64,000 nt of DNA from Pristiophorus japonicus. Taxonomy: Eukaryota. The notes below the pieces were generated by a model. It was not told the origin of the DNA, searched no databases, and saw only the letters and a program-made list of their open reading frames with translations. The position numbers were made by a program, and so were the translations under genes. Positions 63,932-64,000 of this stretch are shown piece after piece. The DNA lies in assembly GCF_044704955.1 (NCBI RefSeq), contig NC_091991.1, positions 18,290,001 through 18,354,000 on the forward strand, written 5' to 3'. How positions within the stretch are numbered: the first letter of the stretch is position 1; each line of letters begins with the position of its first letter.

Positions 63932-64000
63932 GGGGCCGAAATTCAGCCTCCCAAAAAGGCCACATACCGCCAGAAAGCGGCGGCCAGGCGATGGAGCTGA
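63932..64000. mobile_element. Left end of another Harbinger-like element
   Basis: GGGGCCGAAATTCAG start with an abrupt shift to GC-rich sequence. Confidence 0.55.

Overview
Eukaryotic genomic DNA, very probably from a cartilaginous fish (shark): the repeat inventory (CR1, RTE, L2, Penelope, Deu-core SINEs, Harbinger) looks chondrichthyan. The only host gene I can support is the 3' part of LRRIQ1 on the + strand, as eight phase-compatible GT-AG coding exons (639-867, 23550-23666, 25754-25828, 30152-30294, 35106-35192, 37186-37274, 52618-52716, 62260-62389). The gene runs off both window ends. The introns are mostly transposon debris. This includes a full-length RTE LINE with an 11-bp TSD inside a SINE, a Gypsy LTR element (5-bp TSD) whose RT/RNaseH is replaced by an inverted copy of its own LTR, and a non-autonomous RTE derivative carrying a ~67-bp minisatellite. 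There are also many CR1 fragments, several PIF/Harbinger elements and MITEs with 3-bp TSDs, a Penelope-like element broken up over ~9 kb by nested insertions, and a Penelope-derived fold-back hairpin just upstream of an exon. The last intron has repeat-poor stretches that may hold enhancers of the neighbouring ALX1 gene (inference). I see no prokaryotic, CRISPR, rRNA or tRNA features and no convincing wholly new biological system. The findings are unusual TE architectures and splicing or regulatory hypotheses. All homology calls come from recalled family motifs, not from database searches.
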